Shown: positions 49,059-59,011 of the stretch, piece after piece
How the letters are laid out: each line of letters starts with the position of its first letter
Position numbering within the stretch: position 1 is the stretch's first letter
Source of the DNA: Candidatus Parcubacteria bacterium
Lineage (GTDB): Bacteria; Patescibacteriota; Minisyncoccia; Phycocordibacterales; JAKFXT01
Assembly (NCBI GenBank): GCA_021414235.1
Contig: JAIOOV010000004.1
Location: forward strand, 409,591 to 473,590
Direction of reading: 5' to 3'
DNA: 64,000 nt
Notes under the pieces: model-generated
Told to the model about the DNA's origin: nothing
The model's database searches: none
Seen by the model: only the letters and a program-made list of their open reading frames with translations
Made by a program: the position numbers and the translations under genes

Positions 49059-51183
49059 ATACCTTCTTCTTCCTCCCAATCTTCTGTCTCGTAATGACCG
49101 GCCGGTTATCTTTAAACGTCCTCTCCTTCTCTTTCTTCTCCGGAGGCTTTCCCGAACCAATAGCCTTCCCTTGTAGTGCCTCTATCTCATCCCGCAAAAG
49201 CGCAGCGGTTTCGAAATCCAAAAGCTTCACCGCCTCATTCATCTGCTTGGTCTTCTCGCGGATGACCTTGGCAGGATTCTTCTTGTACTCCTCCGCATCA
49301 AGCATGGCGAGCGTACCTACCGCCTTCTGATGCTCGCTCTGGAGCTGATCGGTGATGTCCTGGATCTTCTTGATGATCGTCTTCGGAGTGATGCCATGCT
49401 TCTTGTTGTAAGCCACCTGAATAGCGCGACGACGATCGGTCTCTTTGATAGCGCGGTCAAGGGAGCCAGTCATGTTATCGGCATAGAGGATGACGCGCCC
49501 GAGCACGTTACGCGCTGCGCGGCCGATGGTCTGGATAAGCGAAGTTTCTGAGCGCAGGAAGCCTTCCTTGTCCGCGTCCAGGATACCAATGAGTTCCACC
49601 TCTGGAAGGTCGAGACCTTCACGAAGCAGATTCACGCCCACGAGACAGTCGAACTTACCCCTGCGGAATTCGGTGAGGATGGTGATGCGGTCGATGGTCT
49701 TTATATCGCTATGGAGATACTCGGCCTTCATCCCCTTTTCTTTGAGATACGTGCTGAGATCCTCTGCCATCTTCTTGGTGAGCGTGGTGGCGATGGCGCG
49801 ACCGCCGCCCTTTATGACCTTCTCAGCTTCCAATATGAAATCAGGAATCTGACCCTTGTAGGTACCTTTACCTGTCACCGGACGCACAGAGAGCTCCGGA
49901 TCAATGAGACCGGTCGGGCGAATGACCTGCTCCACTACTTGCTCGCTATGCTCCTTCTCATACGCCCCCGGAGTAGCGGAGGTGTAGATGACCTGACCCA
50001 CGCGCTCGTCGAACTCAGCGAAGGTAAGCGGACGGTTATCCTTGGCGGAAGGCAGGCGGAAGCCATGTTCCACGAGGGTCTCCTTACGGGAGCGATCTCC
50101 CGCATACATGCCGCCGATCTGCGGTACGGTCACGTGGGACTCGTCGATGATGGTAAGGAAATCAGGAGAGCCATCCGCTTTCTTGGGGAAATATGAAAGA
50201 AGAGTGTACGGCGCCTCTCCTGCCTTGCGGCCATCGAAATGGCGGGAGTAGTTCTCGATGCCGTTGCAGTAGCCCACCTCGCGGATGAGCGCAAGGTCAT
50301 AGCTGGTGCGGCGCTTGATGCGCTCATGCTCCAGGACCTTCTCCTCGCTCTTAAATTTCTTAAGCTGTGCTTCAAGCTCGGCCTTGATGTCATCGATGGC
50401 ACGCAGGCGCTCGTCTTCGGGCGTGACGAAGTGCTTGGCCGGGAAGAGGAAGAAGCTCTGGAGCGTATCGAGAATGGAGCGGGAGATAGCATCAATGAGC
50501 GAGATACGCTCTATAGCCTCCGGTCCAAACTCCAGGCGGTAGATGACCTTTTCGTTCACCGGCATGATCTCCACAGTGTTGCCGATAGCGCGGAAGCTAC
50601 CCGGCTTGAGATCAGCGGGAGTGCGCTCGAAATAGAGACCGATGAGCTTACGGATAAGGTCCTGCCGGGAAAGCTTGTCACCTACCAGGAACTTGAGGTG
50701 AACCTTCTCATACTCCTCCGGCGAGCCCAAGCCGTAGATGCAGGAGACAGACGCTACGATGATCACATCCTTCCTGGTGAGAAGCGCTTGAGTAGAAGCA
50801 TGACGCAGACGATCAATCTCCTCGTTGATCTGCGCTTCTTTCTCGATATAGGTATCGGAAACTGGGAGATACGCTTCCGGTTGATAGAAATCGTAATAGG
50901 AGACGAAGTAATGCACCGCATTCTCCGGAAAGAACTCCTTGTACTCCTGAGCGAGCTGAGCCGCGAGCGTCTTGTTGTGCGCGATAACCAGAGTAGGCTT
51001 CTGAATCGCATTGATTACGTTGGCCGCGGTGAAAGTCTTGCCCGATCCAGTCACACCAAGGAGCGTCTGATGGCGCATACCCTTGTTCACGCCTTCTATG
51101 AGCGCGGGAATGGCTGTGACCTGGTCACCCGCCGGTTTCCAGTCTGCTTTGAGCTTAAATCCTTTGTCGGTTGGTTGAGACAT
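49057..51183 (-). CDS. uvrB: excinuclease ABC subunit B
   Basis: GVTGSGKT, YFVSYYDFYQPEAY, DESH and NLLREGLDLPEV motifs. Confidence 0.98.
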   Translation of the reverse strand: MSQPTDKGFKLKADWKPAGDQVTAIPALIEGVNKGMRHQTLLGVTGSGKTFTAANVINAIQKPTLVIAHNKTLAAQLAQEYKEFFPENAVHYFVSYYDFYQPEAYLPVSDTYIEKEAQINEEIDRLRHASTQALLTRKDVIIVASVSCIYGLGSPEEYEKVHLKFLVGDKLSRQDLIRKLIGLYFERTPADLKPGSFRAIGNTVEIMPVNEKVIYRLEFGPEAIERISLIDAISRSILDTLQSFFLFPAKHFVTPEDERLRAIDDIKAELEAQLKKFKSEEKVLEHERIKRRTSYDLALIREVGYCNGIENYSRHFDGRKAGEAPYTLLSYFPKKADGSPDFLTIIDESHVTVPQIGGMYAGDRSRKETLVEHGFRLPSAKDNRPLTFAEFDERVGQVIYTSATPGAYEKEHSEQVVEQVIRPTGLIDPELSVRPVTGKGTYKGQIPDFILEAEKVIKGGGRAIATTLTKKMAEDLSTYLKEKGMKAEYLHSDIKTIDRITILTEFRRGKFDCLVGVNLLREGLDLPEVELIGILDADKEGFLRSETSLIQTIGRAARNVLGRVILYADNMTGSLDRAIKETDRRRAIQVAYNKKHGITPKTIIKKIQDITDQLQSEHQKAVGTLAMLDAEEYKKNPAKVIREKTKQMNEAVKLLDFETAALLRDEIEALQGKAIGSGKPPEKKEKERTFKDNRPVITRQKIGRKKKV

Positions 51184-52399
51184 ACTGCTTCATAAATGTA
51201 TCACGGAAGGATTCGAAGCGGTCTTCCAGGATACTTGTGCGGATATCCCTCACCAGATTCACGATGAAATGGAGATTGTGGATGGAGGCAAGCATGCCGC
51301 CGAGGTGCTCCCCTGCACGGAGGAGATGCGTGATATAGCTCTTGGGGAAATTGGCACAGGCATAGCAAGGACAGCCTTCATCGATCGGTCCCTGGTCATG
51401 CAAGAACTTCTCGTAGCGAAGCGAGGTTTTGCCGCTCTTGGTGTAGACCGTACCATTGCGTCCCAAACGCGTGGGCGCCACACAATCGAAGGTATCCATA
51501 CCCTTCTCTACCCCGATGAAGATATCCTCCGGCTCACCGATACCAAGAAGATGCCTCGGCTTATCCTCCGGCAACTCCTCTACTACCACGTCGAGCGCCT
51601 TCACCAAATCCTCCTTGCTGAAGGACCCACCGATGCCGTAGCCATCGAAATCCATATCGGCCAGAATCTTGGCGCTCTCGCGACGTAGATCCTCGAAGCG
51701 TCCGCCCTGTACTACTCCATAGAGTCCCTGTCTCTGGGACGCATCTATATTCTGCTTGTGCGCCTTGAGGGAGCGATCAGCCCAGCGATGAGTACGGTCC
51801 ATCGCCTGCTTTTGATATGCATGGTCGGCAAGCGGAGAGGTGCACTCATCAAATGCAAACATGATGTCCGCTCCGATCTTGTGCTGTATCTCCATGGAGC
51901 GCTCCGCAGTGAAGCGATGGAGCGTCCCATCGTGATGTGAAGTAAAAGTCACCCCCTCTTCGTCCACGATGGCGAGCTTGCCGTGGCTTGTGGCGAGTTC
52001 TTTGTCATAGAAAACAGGAGTCTTGTCCTCTTCCACTTTTATCTCCTCCTGTGTCGCAAATTTCCCTACACCCGCTTCAAAACCCGCGCCAAGCGAGAAT
52101 ACTTGGTAGCCGCCAGAGTCAGTAAGCGTGGGTCCTTCCCAACGCATGAACTTCCCGAGTCCACCCGCCTCCGCCACCACATCCTCTCCCGGCTGAAGGT
52201 AGAGATGGTACGTATTAGAAAGCACCGCCTGCACACCCATCTCTTTCAAGAAATGCGGTGCGACACCCTTCACTGTCGCTTTCGTCCCGACCACGGTAAA
52301 CGCAGGCGTCTCGATGACGCCGTGGGGAGTATGGATGACCCCGGCTCTCCCCTTCCCACCGGGGAGGGATTTGGTTATAGAAAAAGTGACGGGACGCAT
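51155..52399 (-). CDS. tgt: tRNA-guanine transglycosylase
   Basis: NTYHL, DSGGYQVFSL, DECT, QGG, DTFDCV and CxCxxC Zn site. Confidence 0.95.
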   Translation of the reverse strand: MRPVTFSITKSLPGGKGRAGVIHTPHGVIETPAFTVVGTKATVKGVAPHFLKEMGVQAVLSNTYHLYLQPGEDVVAEAGGLGKFMRWEGPTLTDSGGYQVFSLGAGFEAGVGKFATQEEIKVEEDKTPVFYDKELATSHGKLAIVDEEGVTFTSHHDGTLHRFTAERSMEIQHKIGADIMFAFDECTSPLADHAYQKQAMDRTHRWADRSLKAHKQNIDASQRQGLYGVVQGGRFEDLRRESAKILADMDFDGYGIGGSFSKEDLVKALDVVVEELPEDKPRHLLGIGEPEDIFIGVEKGMDTFDCVAPTRLGRNGTVYTKSGKTSLRYEKFLHDQGPIDEGCPCYACANFPKSYITHLLRAGEHLGGMLASIHNLHFIVNLVRDIRTSILEDRFESFRDTFMKQYVSTNRQRI

Positions 52400-54201
52400 T
52401 AGGAGCGCTTGGCGCGCACACGATCCGCTTCGGTGAGGAACTGCTTGCGGAGACGCGTAGAGAGCGGCGTGACCTCGAGATATTCCTCTTCGGTCATGTT
52501 CTCGAGTCCGCGCTCGATAGAGAGCGGCAACGGAGGAGTGAGGTCGATGGCTTCGTCGGAACCGGAAGCACGGACGTTCGAGAGCGCCTTGCCCTTGGTC
52601 GGGTTCACGATCATCTCCTCCCCCTTAGAGGTATTGCCGATGACCATGCCCTCGTACACTTCGGTACCAGGAGCGATGTAAAGCACACCGCGATCCTGCA
52701 GGTTCCAGAGAGAGAAGCCGAGCGCCTTGCCGGAAGCCATGGACACCATAGAGCCGACCGCGCGCTTCCTGATCTCGCCTGCGTACGGACGGAATTCGAG
52801 GACACGGGAAGAGAGGATGCCCTCGCCGCGAGTGTCTACCACGAACTGCCCCTTGTAGCCGAGAAGGCCGCGCGTAGGACCTTCGAGTATGAGGCGCACC
52901 GTGCTGTCATGTACGCGCATATCCGAGAGGATGAAGGCACGCTGACCGAGCTTCTCGATGACTGCACCCTGGTACTCGGAAGGGATATCGATGACCAGTT
53001 CCTCGAACGGCTCCATCTTCACACCGTTCTCTTCCTTGATGATGACCTGCGGCTGAGAGACCTGCATCTCGTAGCCCTCGCGACGCATGTTCTCGAGAAG
53101 GATGGCAACATGGAGTTCACCGCGGCCGTACACGCGGAAGTAGTCGATATTCTGGTACGGCAGGGGCGGTGGAGTGAAGTCCACGCGAAGACCGACGTTC
53201 ACTTCGAGCTCGCGCTCGAGGCGTGCACGAATCTGGCGGGAGGTCACGAACTTCCCTTCCTTGCCGGCGAACGGAGAATTGTTCACCAGGAAGTTGAGGG
53301 CGATGGTCGGCTCGTCCACGTGGATAGCTGGGAGCGGCGTAGCCTCCGCATCCGCAGCGATGGTCTCGCCGATATAGATGTCTGGGAGACCCGCGATGAC
53401 CACGATGTCGCCGGAAGTAGCCTCCTGGACCTCTTTGCGCTCGATACCCTCGAAGGTGAAGATCTTGATGATCTTGCCCGTGCGCTTCTCCCCTGTGGGC
53501 TTTAGTACAAAAACAGAACTACCAGTCTTGAGCACGCCTTCCTGCACGCGCGCGATGGCGAGGCGTCCCATGAAGTTGTCATAGGCGAGGTTGAACGGCT
53601 GCGCGCGAAACGGTACATCCAGAGCGCCATTGGCCTTGGGCACATGCGCGAGTACGAGATCGAGGAGCGGAGCGAGATTGGTGGATTCCTCTTCGAGGGA
53701 ACGCTTGGCGATACCCTGACGGCCGATGGCATAGACCACCGGGAAATTACACTGCTCGTCATTAGCCCCGAGCTCCATGAAGAGCTCGAGCACGAGCTCT
53801 TCCGCATGCTTCGGGTTGGCTGCAGGCTTGTCGATCTTGTTGATGACCACGATAGGCTTGAGACCGAGCTCGAGGCTCTTCTTGAGCACGAAGCGGGTCT
53901 GCGGCATGGGGCCTTCCTGGGCGTCCACGATGAGGAGCACGCAGTCGATGGAGCGGAGCACGCGCTCCACCTCGGAGCCGAAGTCGGCGTGGCCCGGAGT
54001 GTCCACGATGTTGATCTTGGTGTCCTTGTAGAAAATGGAGGTGTTCTTGGAGTAGATGGTGATGCCGCGCTCCTTCTCCAAGTCATTGGAGTCCATGGAC
54101 ACGCCGTTAGCCACCATCCCCGTTTCCTTGAGGATGGCGTCTGTAAGCGTGGTCTTGCCGTGGTCCACGTGCGCGATGATGGCGATGTTTCGGATATCCA
54201 T
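52399..54201 (-). CDS. typA: translational GTPase TypA/BipA
   Basis: AHVDHGKTTL, DTPGHADF and GRGELHVAILLENMRREG motifs. Confidence 0.97.
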   Translation of the reverse strand: MDIRNIAIIAHVDHGKTTLTDAILKETGMVANGVSMDSNDLEKERGITIYSKNTSIFYKDTKINIVDTPGHADFGSEVERVLRSIDCVLLIVDAQEGPMPQTRFVLKKSLELGLKPIVVINKIDKPAANPKHAEELVLELFMELGANDEQCNFPVVYAIGRQGIAKRSLEEESTNLAPLLDLVLAHVPKANGALDVPFRAQPFNLAYDNFMGRLAIARVQEGVLKTGSSVFVLKPTGEKRTGKIIKIFTFEGIERKEVQEATSGDIVVIAGLPDIYIGETIAADAEATPLPAIHVDEPTIALNFLVNNSPFAGKEGKFVTSRQIRARLERELEVNVGLRVDFTPPPLPYQNIDYFRVYGRGELHVAILLENMRREGYEMQVSQPQVIIKEENGVKMEPFEELVIDIPSEYQGAVIEKLGQRAFILSDMRVHDSTVRLILEGPTRGLLGYKGQFVVDTRGEGILSSRVLEFRPYAGEIRKRAVGSMVSMASGKALGFSLWNLQDRGVLYIAPGTEVYEGMVIGNTSKGEEMIVNPTKGKALSNVRASGSDEAIDLTPPLPLSIERGLENMTEEEYLEVTPLSTRLRKQFLTEADRVRAKRS

Positions 54202-54275
54202 AGCTAAAATGAAAAAGGCTCCGACGAGCTCGGCTACGATACCACAATTCCCCCTATATTGAAAGGAGGTCTCTC

Positions 54276-55652
54276 TCAGCCCCTTGGATCGAAGATGGAA
54301 GGCTCAGTGACAGCGCCACTTAGGAAATCAGCGATCTTCCTGCCGCCATACACAGAAGGCAGGATGCCGATGCCGTTGCAGCCGAGGTTATAGAGAAGTA
54401 CCGGATTCGCGGGCTCCGGGCCGATGAGTCGGATGCCGTTCGGGGTGTAGCCCATGAGGCCGTGCCATTTAAACTTGAATTCGATCTGCTCCTTGGGCGA
54501 GTGCAGATGCGTCTTGTGCAGGAATGCGTCTATCTCCTTCCAGGCAGCCTCCGGATATGAGCGGTCGTGCGCATAGACATGCGTCTCCTCGATGGACTCC
54601 TGAGGGCCGCCCACACATACGAGGTTGTGTATTTCGCTCTTCTCGAGCTCGTAGGGCCTCCGGGTGAGGTAGAAATACGGCTCCTCGAGATAGATATCCT
54701 TCTGATGCACGAATTTCTCGGGGATGTAGCTGATCGCCGTCGGCGGTCGGTTCAAGGGCTCTATGTACCCCGCCATATAGCCGATGATGCCGCGCACCTC
54801 GTGATGGAACTTCTCATCGATATCCGGACCCGCCGTATTCTCAAGCGTTATCTTCTCGAAGCCGTTCGTACAGAGGACGACGCGGCCCGCCGTCACGGAG
54901 AATTCCTTGCCTACGAGGTCGGCTGCTCCGTCACGAAGCACGATACGCTCGACGCCAGAGTGCTCCGCAAGCATGAAGCGCGCGGGATATGTCGCCACGA
55001 GGTAACCAGCGAGCTCTTCGGTGAAGAGCGCACTGTTGAGGCAGCCTTTGCGCATGGAGAAGGCGGCGATGTAGCGTGAGTCCTTCGTCTCGAGGAGAGA
55101 GAGGATGTTCTCGCGCTCGGTCACCTGATAGAGGCCGGCGTACTCGGCAGGAATGCGTCCGAGGTCAGGAGCATCGGAGGCCAGGTAGATCGCCTCGCAA
55201 GGAAGCTCTGCGGACACCCGCAGAGCACAGGTCTTCAGGCGATCGAGCACCTGATCGAGCGACATGGAACCGTCATAGCCCATGAACTGGGACATCGGCG
55301 TAGAAAGACGCGCATCCGCATATATCTCGTCGAGGAGGCGCCAGGCGGATTCGATTTCTTTCTCCCCTTTCGCGGCGAGCTCCGCTCCGAATTCCTCCGC
55401 AATATCGAGGAACGGCCGTTCGAAGCGGCTCACCAACTGCCCCGCGTTATGCCCCGTCGCACCGTGCGAAACCTTGTACGCCTCGAGGAGGATGACCGAG
55501 GTAGACGTATTCTTGAGGGCGTAGTAGGCCGTGACTATGCCTGCGATCCCGCCGCCGACAATAGCGACATCCGCAGAGGCGTCTTCCGTGAGCTTGTTCA
55601 CCGGGCGCATTCGCTTCAGCTGATGGAGCCAGGGGGATAGGTTACCGGTCAT
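54276..55652 (-). CDS. FAD-dependent oxidoreductase (DAO family)
   Basis: VGGGIAG, GATGHNAG and GCNGIG motifs. Confidence 0.85.
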   Translation of the reverse strand: MTGNLSPWLHQLKRMRPVNKLTEDASADVAIVGGGIAGIVTAYYALKNTSTSVILLEAYKVSHGATGHNAGQLVSRFERPFLDIAEEFGAELAAKGEKEIESAWRLLDEIYADARLSTPMSQFMGYDGSMSLDQVLDRLKTCALRVSAELPCEAIYLASDAPDLGRIPAEYAGLYQVTERENILSLLETKDSRYIAAFSMRKGCLNSALFTEELAGYLVATYPARFMLAEHSGVERIVLRDGAADLVGKEFSVTAGRVVLCTNGFEKITLENTAGPDIDEKFHHEVRGIIGYMAGYIEPLNRPPTAISYIPEKFVHQKDIYLEEPYFYLTRRPYELEKSEIHNLVCVGGPQESIEETHVYAHDRSYPEAAWKEIDAFLHKTHLHSPKEQIEFKFKWHGLMGYTPNGIRLIGPEPANPVLLYNLGCNGIGILPSVYGGRKIADFLSGAVTEPSIFDPRG

Positions 55653-55729
55653 ACAGGAAAAGATGAGTAGATTATAACAGAGTACGGCGGCAGGAGATCC
55701 GGAGAGGGAGAAGGCACTAAGATATGCGC

Positions 55730-58729
55730 TTAAGAGGACGTGTCGTCGCCTTTGAGCTCTTCTGATAACAGACAGTACTCGCAATCTTTTTTGTCACAGC
55801 GATTACCCCAGAAGGAAAGCATAGCGATTTCACTAGCCACACCCTTGATAACAGTCTCCAATTCTGTCACTTCCTCGTCTGTGGGCGCAAAGGATTCCCG
55901 ATGGAACTTACCTTTCTCATCTGGCTCGAGGAAATCTATCTCACCAGCTACCATGCGATATCTCTTGTCTGGCGCTTTAGCTAAGAGAAGCTTGTAAAAA
56001 ACCAGCTGTCGGTAGTAATTGCCGTCTGCATCCTTGGTCTTGCCCTCTAGCTGATTGCGGGTCTTCCACTTACCTGTCTTGTAGTCGGTCACGTTTACCT
56101 TCTCGCCATCAATAACTTCTACCCTGTCGAGAGTACCCTTGAGAGGAAAAGTTCTTTCTCCTTCCTTAAGCGCTATGCTCATCTCAACACCTTTAACCGC
56201 ATATTCAGATAGAATCGGCGGCTTCCAAGAAGTGCGCCATTCATTCCAATACCCCATGAGAGCTTTCTTCCCCTTGATGAGCGCGTCCTTCTGATCCGTG
56301 AGCGATAGTGGTTGTCTCTCCAGAGCGTTTTCAAAAGAAGCGATGAGACCGGGTAAAGAGATCTCTGCGCCCTTGCTTAAAGCAGAGAGCGTATCGCTAA
56401 GTGCCTTGTGCATGGCAGTGCCATAGAGCTGGTGCTTGGTCTCTATCTGGGGCACGCGCACCAAGTTCACGAAAAAGTAGCGCCACGGACAAGCGAGATA
56501 GTTATTAAGCGCAGAGACGGAGAGCCCCTGCTCGAAGAAGCGTTCGCGGAGGTACTCTTTGTCCGCGATAGAGGGGCCTTGTGGAAGAGCAGCGGCGAAG
56601 CTTGATTCGGAAATCGCAGGAAGTAAGACTTCCTCGCGAGTAAGAAGAGAGGGATCAATCTCAGAGAGGAATTGCGATGGCGCGTTGTCCCGACCATCGC
56701 CATTGCGGGCCGCGTAGCTGATGACCGCCTCCTCCTTGGCCCGAGTAAGGGCCACATAGAAGAGCCTACGCTCATCCTCCACTCCACCCTTGCCTACTCC
56801 TACGATGGGCAGAGCACCAAAGTGAGTTCGGCTGCGGCCACCGCCCCAGGAGCGCTCGTCTGCTCCGGTGATATATACCCGCTCGAACTCTAGTCCCTTG
56901 GCGCGATGCGCAGTCATCAGGCGCACCGCTCCTCTATCCTTTGGCGCGCTGTAGCGGATGGGTAGGTTGTAGCGCGAGAGCATATCTAGATGCTCCAGGA
57001 AACCGGCGAGTGTCTGCCCCGGATCTGCCTTGAGCGCTTCGCGCGCTTCTGCGAGGAGCTGATGGAATTTGGCGAGAAGCTCTGCTGAATTGGAGCGAGA
57101 GAGGATGTGCCGGAGGAAACCAGACTCGCGAAAAAGCTCCTCGAGCGTGTGGAGCGAATCGTTGTTCTTGGAGGTCACTGCAAAGCGAAGCATGTTGCGG
57201 CTGAAGTCCAGCCACGGAGCCGCCTCTTGTATGCCTGCCTCGGTGAGAAGTCGCGCACTGGAGCAGATCTCCAGAAGAGGAAGGTGATGCTTGCGCGCGA
57301 AGGCCAGAAGCCTAAAACCTTCCAGTGTCGGGAGCTTCCAGAAATCTAGGAAGATGAGTTCACCGATGTTGGCATCCGTAGGCTCTACGGCAGAGCGTGC
57401 TAGAAGAAGGAATTTGCGAATCTCCCTATTAGCCAGCACATTGCGCTCCGACTCTATCTGATATCGCACACCCTTCTTGGCGAGAGCTTCGCCGAGAGGC
57501 ATAGCGTCATCGTTGTGACGATACAGGATCGCTATCTCATTCGGCGTAACGCCCGCAGCTATAGCTTCAGACACAGAGGCAGCTACCCCATCTGCTTCAG
57601 ACGGCTCGTCCGGATACTCGCGAAGAATCAGCTTGGCCTTCTCCTTCTTCTGCGCTACTAGCGGGATGCGCAAATCACTCCCCTCCGCACTCGCAGATTT
57701 CATGAGGCTGTGTGCGCTGTCGAGAATCGTCTGGCCAGAGCGGTAGTTGTCAGTGAGGGCTACTACCACAGCCTTCGGATACTTTTGTTTGAAATATAAG
57801 AAGTTCTCAAGAGAGGCTCCCTGGAAGCGAAAGATGGCCTGCTTCTCGTCGCCGACAATGAAGAGGTTGGGGCTCTCATGAAAATCAGAGAGGAGCTCTA
57901 GGATACGATTCTGCGCGCCGTTGGCATCCTGGTGCTCGTCCGCGAGGAGATACTGGTATTCCTCCTGGAGGCTACGCAGGAAATCCACTTTGGCCTCGAG
58001 CGCGCGGATAAGCTCCAGCAGCATGTCCTCGTAGTCGTAGCGCCGTTCTTTAGCGAGCGCTTTCTCGTAAGCGTCATAGAGAACAAGCAGTTCTTTGTTC
58101 TTGGCTATCTGCTTGGCCAGATCACGAAATTCGCCCTTCATCTCTCCCTTGTAGCGGCCTTTCTCGTGGATCTTGTCTGGCGTATCGATGTACTCCTGCT
58201 CCTGCTTCTTGAGGAGCACGGCGAAGCGCTCGGCAGTCACGTTCTCCCGCTTCATGGATTGGATGGCGGAGAGCGCGGGCTTTACGTAGTAGAGCGGGTC
58301 GCCCCAAGGTCGCAGCAATTCCAGGCTCTCTTCCTTCTCCAAGATCTTCTCCATAAGACGAATCTGTTCCGTCTCTGTAAGAGCAGTGCCGCCGATGATG
58401 CGTGGGAATTCTTCTGGATAGCGGCGGATGATCTCGTTGGCAAAGCCGTGGAAGGTATGGATATGTACGCGATACCCCTCCGCTCCCATGATGGAGACGA
58501 GACGTGCACGCATGGCGGAGACGCCGGACTCGGTGAAGGTGAGCGCCAGGATGCTATCTGGAGACGCATCCGTCTTTTTTAAAATGTTGGCAATACGGAG
58601 CGTAAGTATCTGCGTCTTACCGGTACCAGGACCCGCAATGACCATCACCGGCCCCTCCACCGTATCCACCGCCTCTCTCTGGGCAGGGTTCAGCTTCTTG
58701 TAGAGCGCATTAAAGGAATCGTTGGTCAC
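55730..58729 (-). CDS. UvrD/PcrA-family helicase fused to a C-terminal PD-(D/E)XK nuclease
   Basis: AGPGTGKT, DEHQD, HRAKGLEF and YVALTRA helicase motifs; then LSVSALNNYLACP, LDRV..DYKTG, QLVFY and CxxxxCxxC. Confidence 0.92.
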   Translation of the reverse strand: MTNDSFNALYKKLNPAQREAVDTVEGPVMVIAGPGTGKTQILTLRIANILKKTDASPDSILALTFTESGVSAMRARLVSIMGAEGYRVHIHTFHGFANEIIRRYPEEFPRIIGGTALTETEQIRLMEKILEKEESLELLRPWGDPLYYVKPALSAIQSMKRENVTAERFAVLLKKQEQEYIDTPDKIHEKGRYKGEMKGEFRDLAKQIAKNKELLVLYDAYEKALAKERRYDYEDMLLELIRALEAKVDFLRSLQEEYQYLLADEHQDANGAQNRILELLSDFHESPNLFIVGDEKQAIFRFQGASLENFLYFKQKYPKAVVVALTDNYRSGQTILDSAHSLMKSASAEGSDLRIPLVAQKKEKAKLILREYPDEPSEADGVAASVSEAIAAGVTPNEIAILYRHNDDAMPLGEALAKKGVRYQIESERNVLANREIRKFLLLARSAVEPTDANIGELIFLDFWKLPTLEGFRLLAFARKHHLPLLEICSSARLLTEAGIQEAAPWLDFSRNMLRFAVTSKNNDSLHTLEELFRESGFLRHILSRSNSAELLAKFHQLLAEAREALKADPGQTLAGFLEHLDMLSRYNLPIRYSAPKDRGAVRLMTAHRAKGLEFERVYITGADERSWGGGRSRTHFGALPIVGVGKGGVEDERRLFYVALTRAKEEAVISYAARNGDGRDNAPSQFLSEIDPSLLTREEVLLPAISESSFAAALPQGPSIADKEYLRERFFEQGLSVSALNNYLACPWRYFFVNLVRVPQIETKHQLYGTAMHKALSDTLSALSKGAEISLPGLIASFENALERQPLSLTDQKDALIKGKKALMGYWNEWRTSWKPPILSEYAVKGVEMSIALKEGERTFPLKGTLDRVEVIDGEKVNVTDYKTGKWKTRNQLEGKTKDADGNYYRQLVFYKLLLAKAPDKRYRMVAGEIDFLEPDEKGKFHRESFAPTDEEVTELETVIKGVASEIAMLSFWGNRCDKKDCEYCLLSEELKGDDTSS

Positions 58730-58747
58730 GCAGGCATTGTAACAGAC

Positions 58748-58802
58748 TCAAAGTCGTCCCAAGAAGGACGACTTTGACAATAATTAAAATAAATGGTATC
58801 GA
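58748..58802 (+). promoter_or_regulatory. promoter with a 12-bp perfect inverted repeat overlapping the -35
   Basis: TCAAAGTCGTCC-N6-GGACGACTTTGA; TTGACA at 58774-58779, N17, then TGG-TATCGA. Confidence 0.6.
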
Positions 58803-58808
58803 TAATTC

Positions 58809-58910
58809 ATGCAGCAAGTAATGCACAACTGGGTCCGCGGGAACACCTCCTACAAGGGAGGGCTTATTCCCCTTTTCTCCAATGGATTTTGGAGAGCCCA
58901 GGCGCATTAA
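58809..58910 (+). CDS. candidate leader peptide (33 aa) MQQVMHNWVRGNTSYKGGLIPLFSNGFWRAQAH
   Basis: ATG at the predicted transcription start, TAA at 58908-58910; lies between the promoter and a leader terminator; below the ORF-track length cutoff. Confidence 0.5.
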   Translation: MQQVMHNWVRGNTSYKGGLIPLFSNGFWRAQAH

Positions 58911-58937
58911 CTTCTACTAACTCCTCAAGTTTTTGAT

Positions 58938-58974
58938 GCTCCTCGGCTCTACGAAAGCCGAGGAGTTTTCATTT
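58938..58974 (+). terminator. leader (attenuator) terminator upstream of the GNAT gene
   Basis: GCTCCTCGGCT/AGCCGAGGAGT followed by TTTCATTT. Confidence 0.75.
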
Positions 58975-59011
58975 CGCAGAGCATGTTCCTTAACAAAGAG
59001 AGGATACGTCT

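Noticed and set aside
54202-54245. Short hairpin plus U-tract in the typA leader as an attenuator
   Set aside because: The stem is only about 4 bp (CCGA/TCGG), too weak to support
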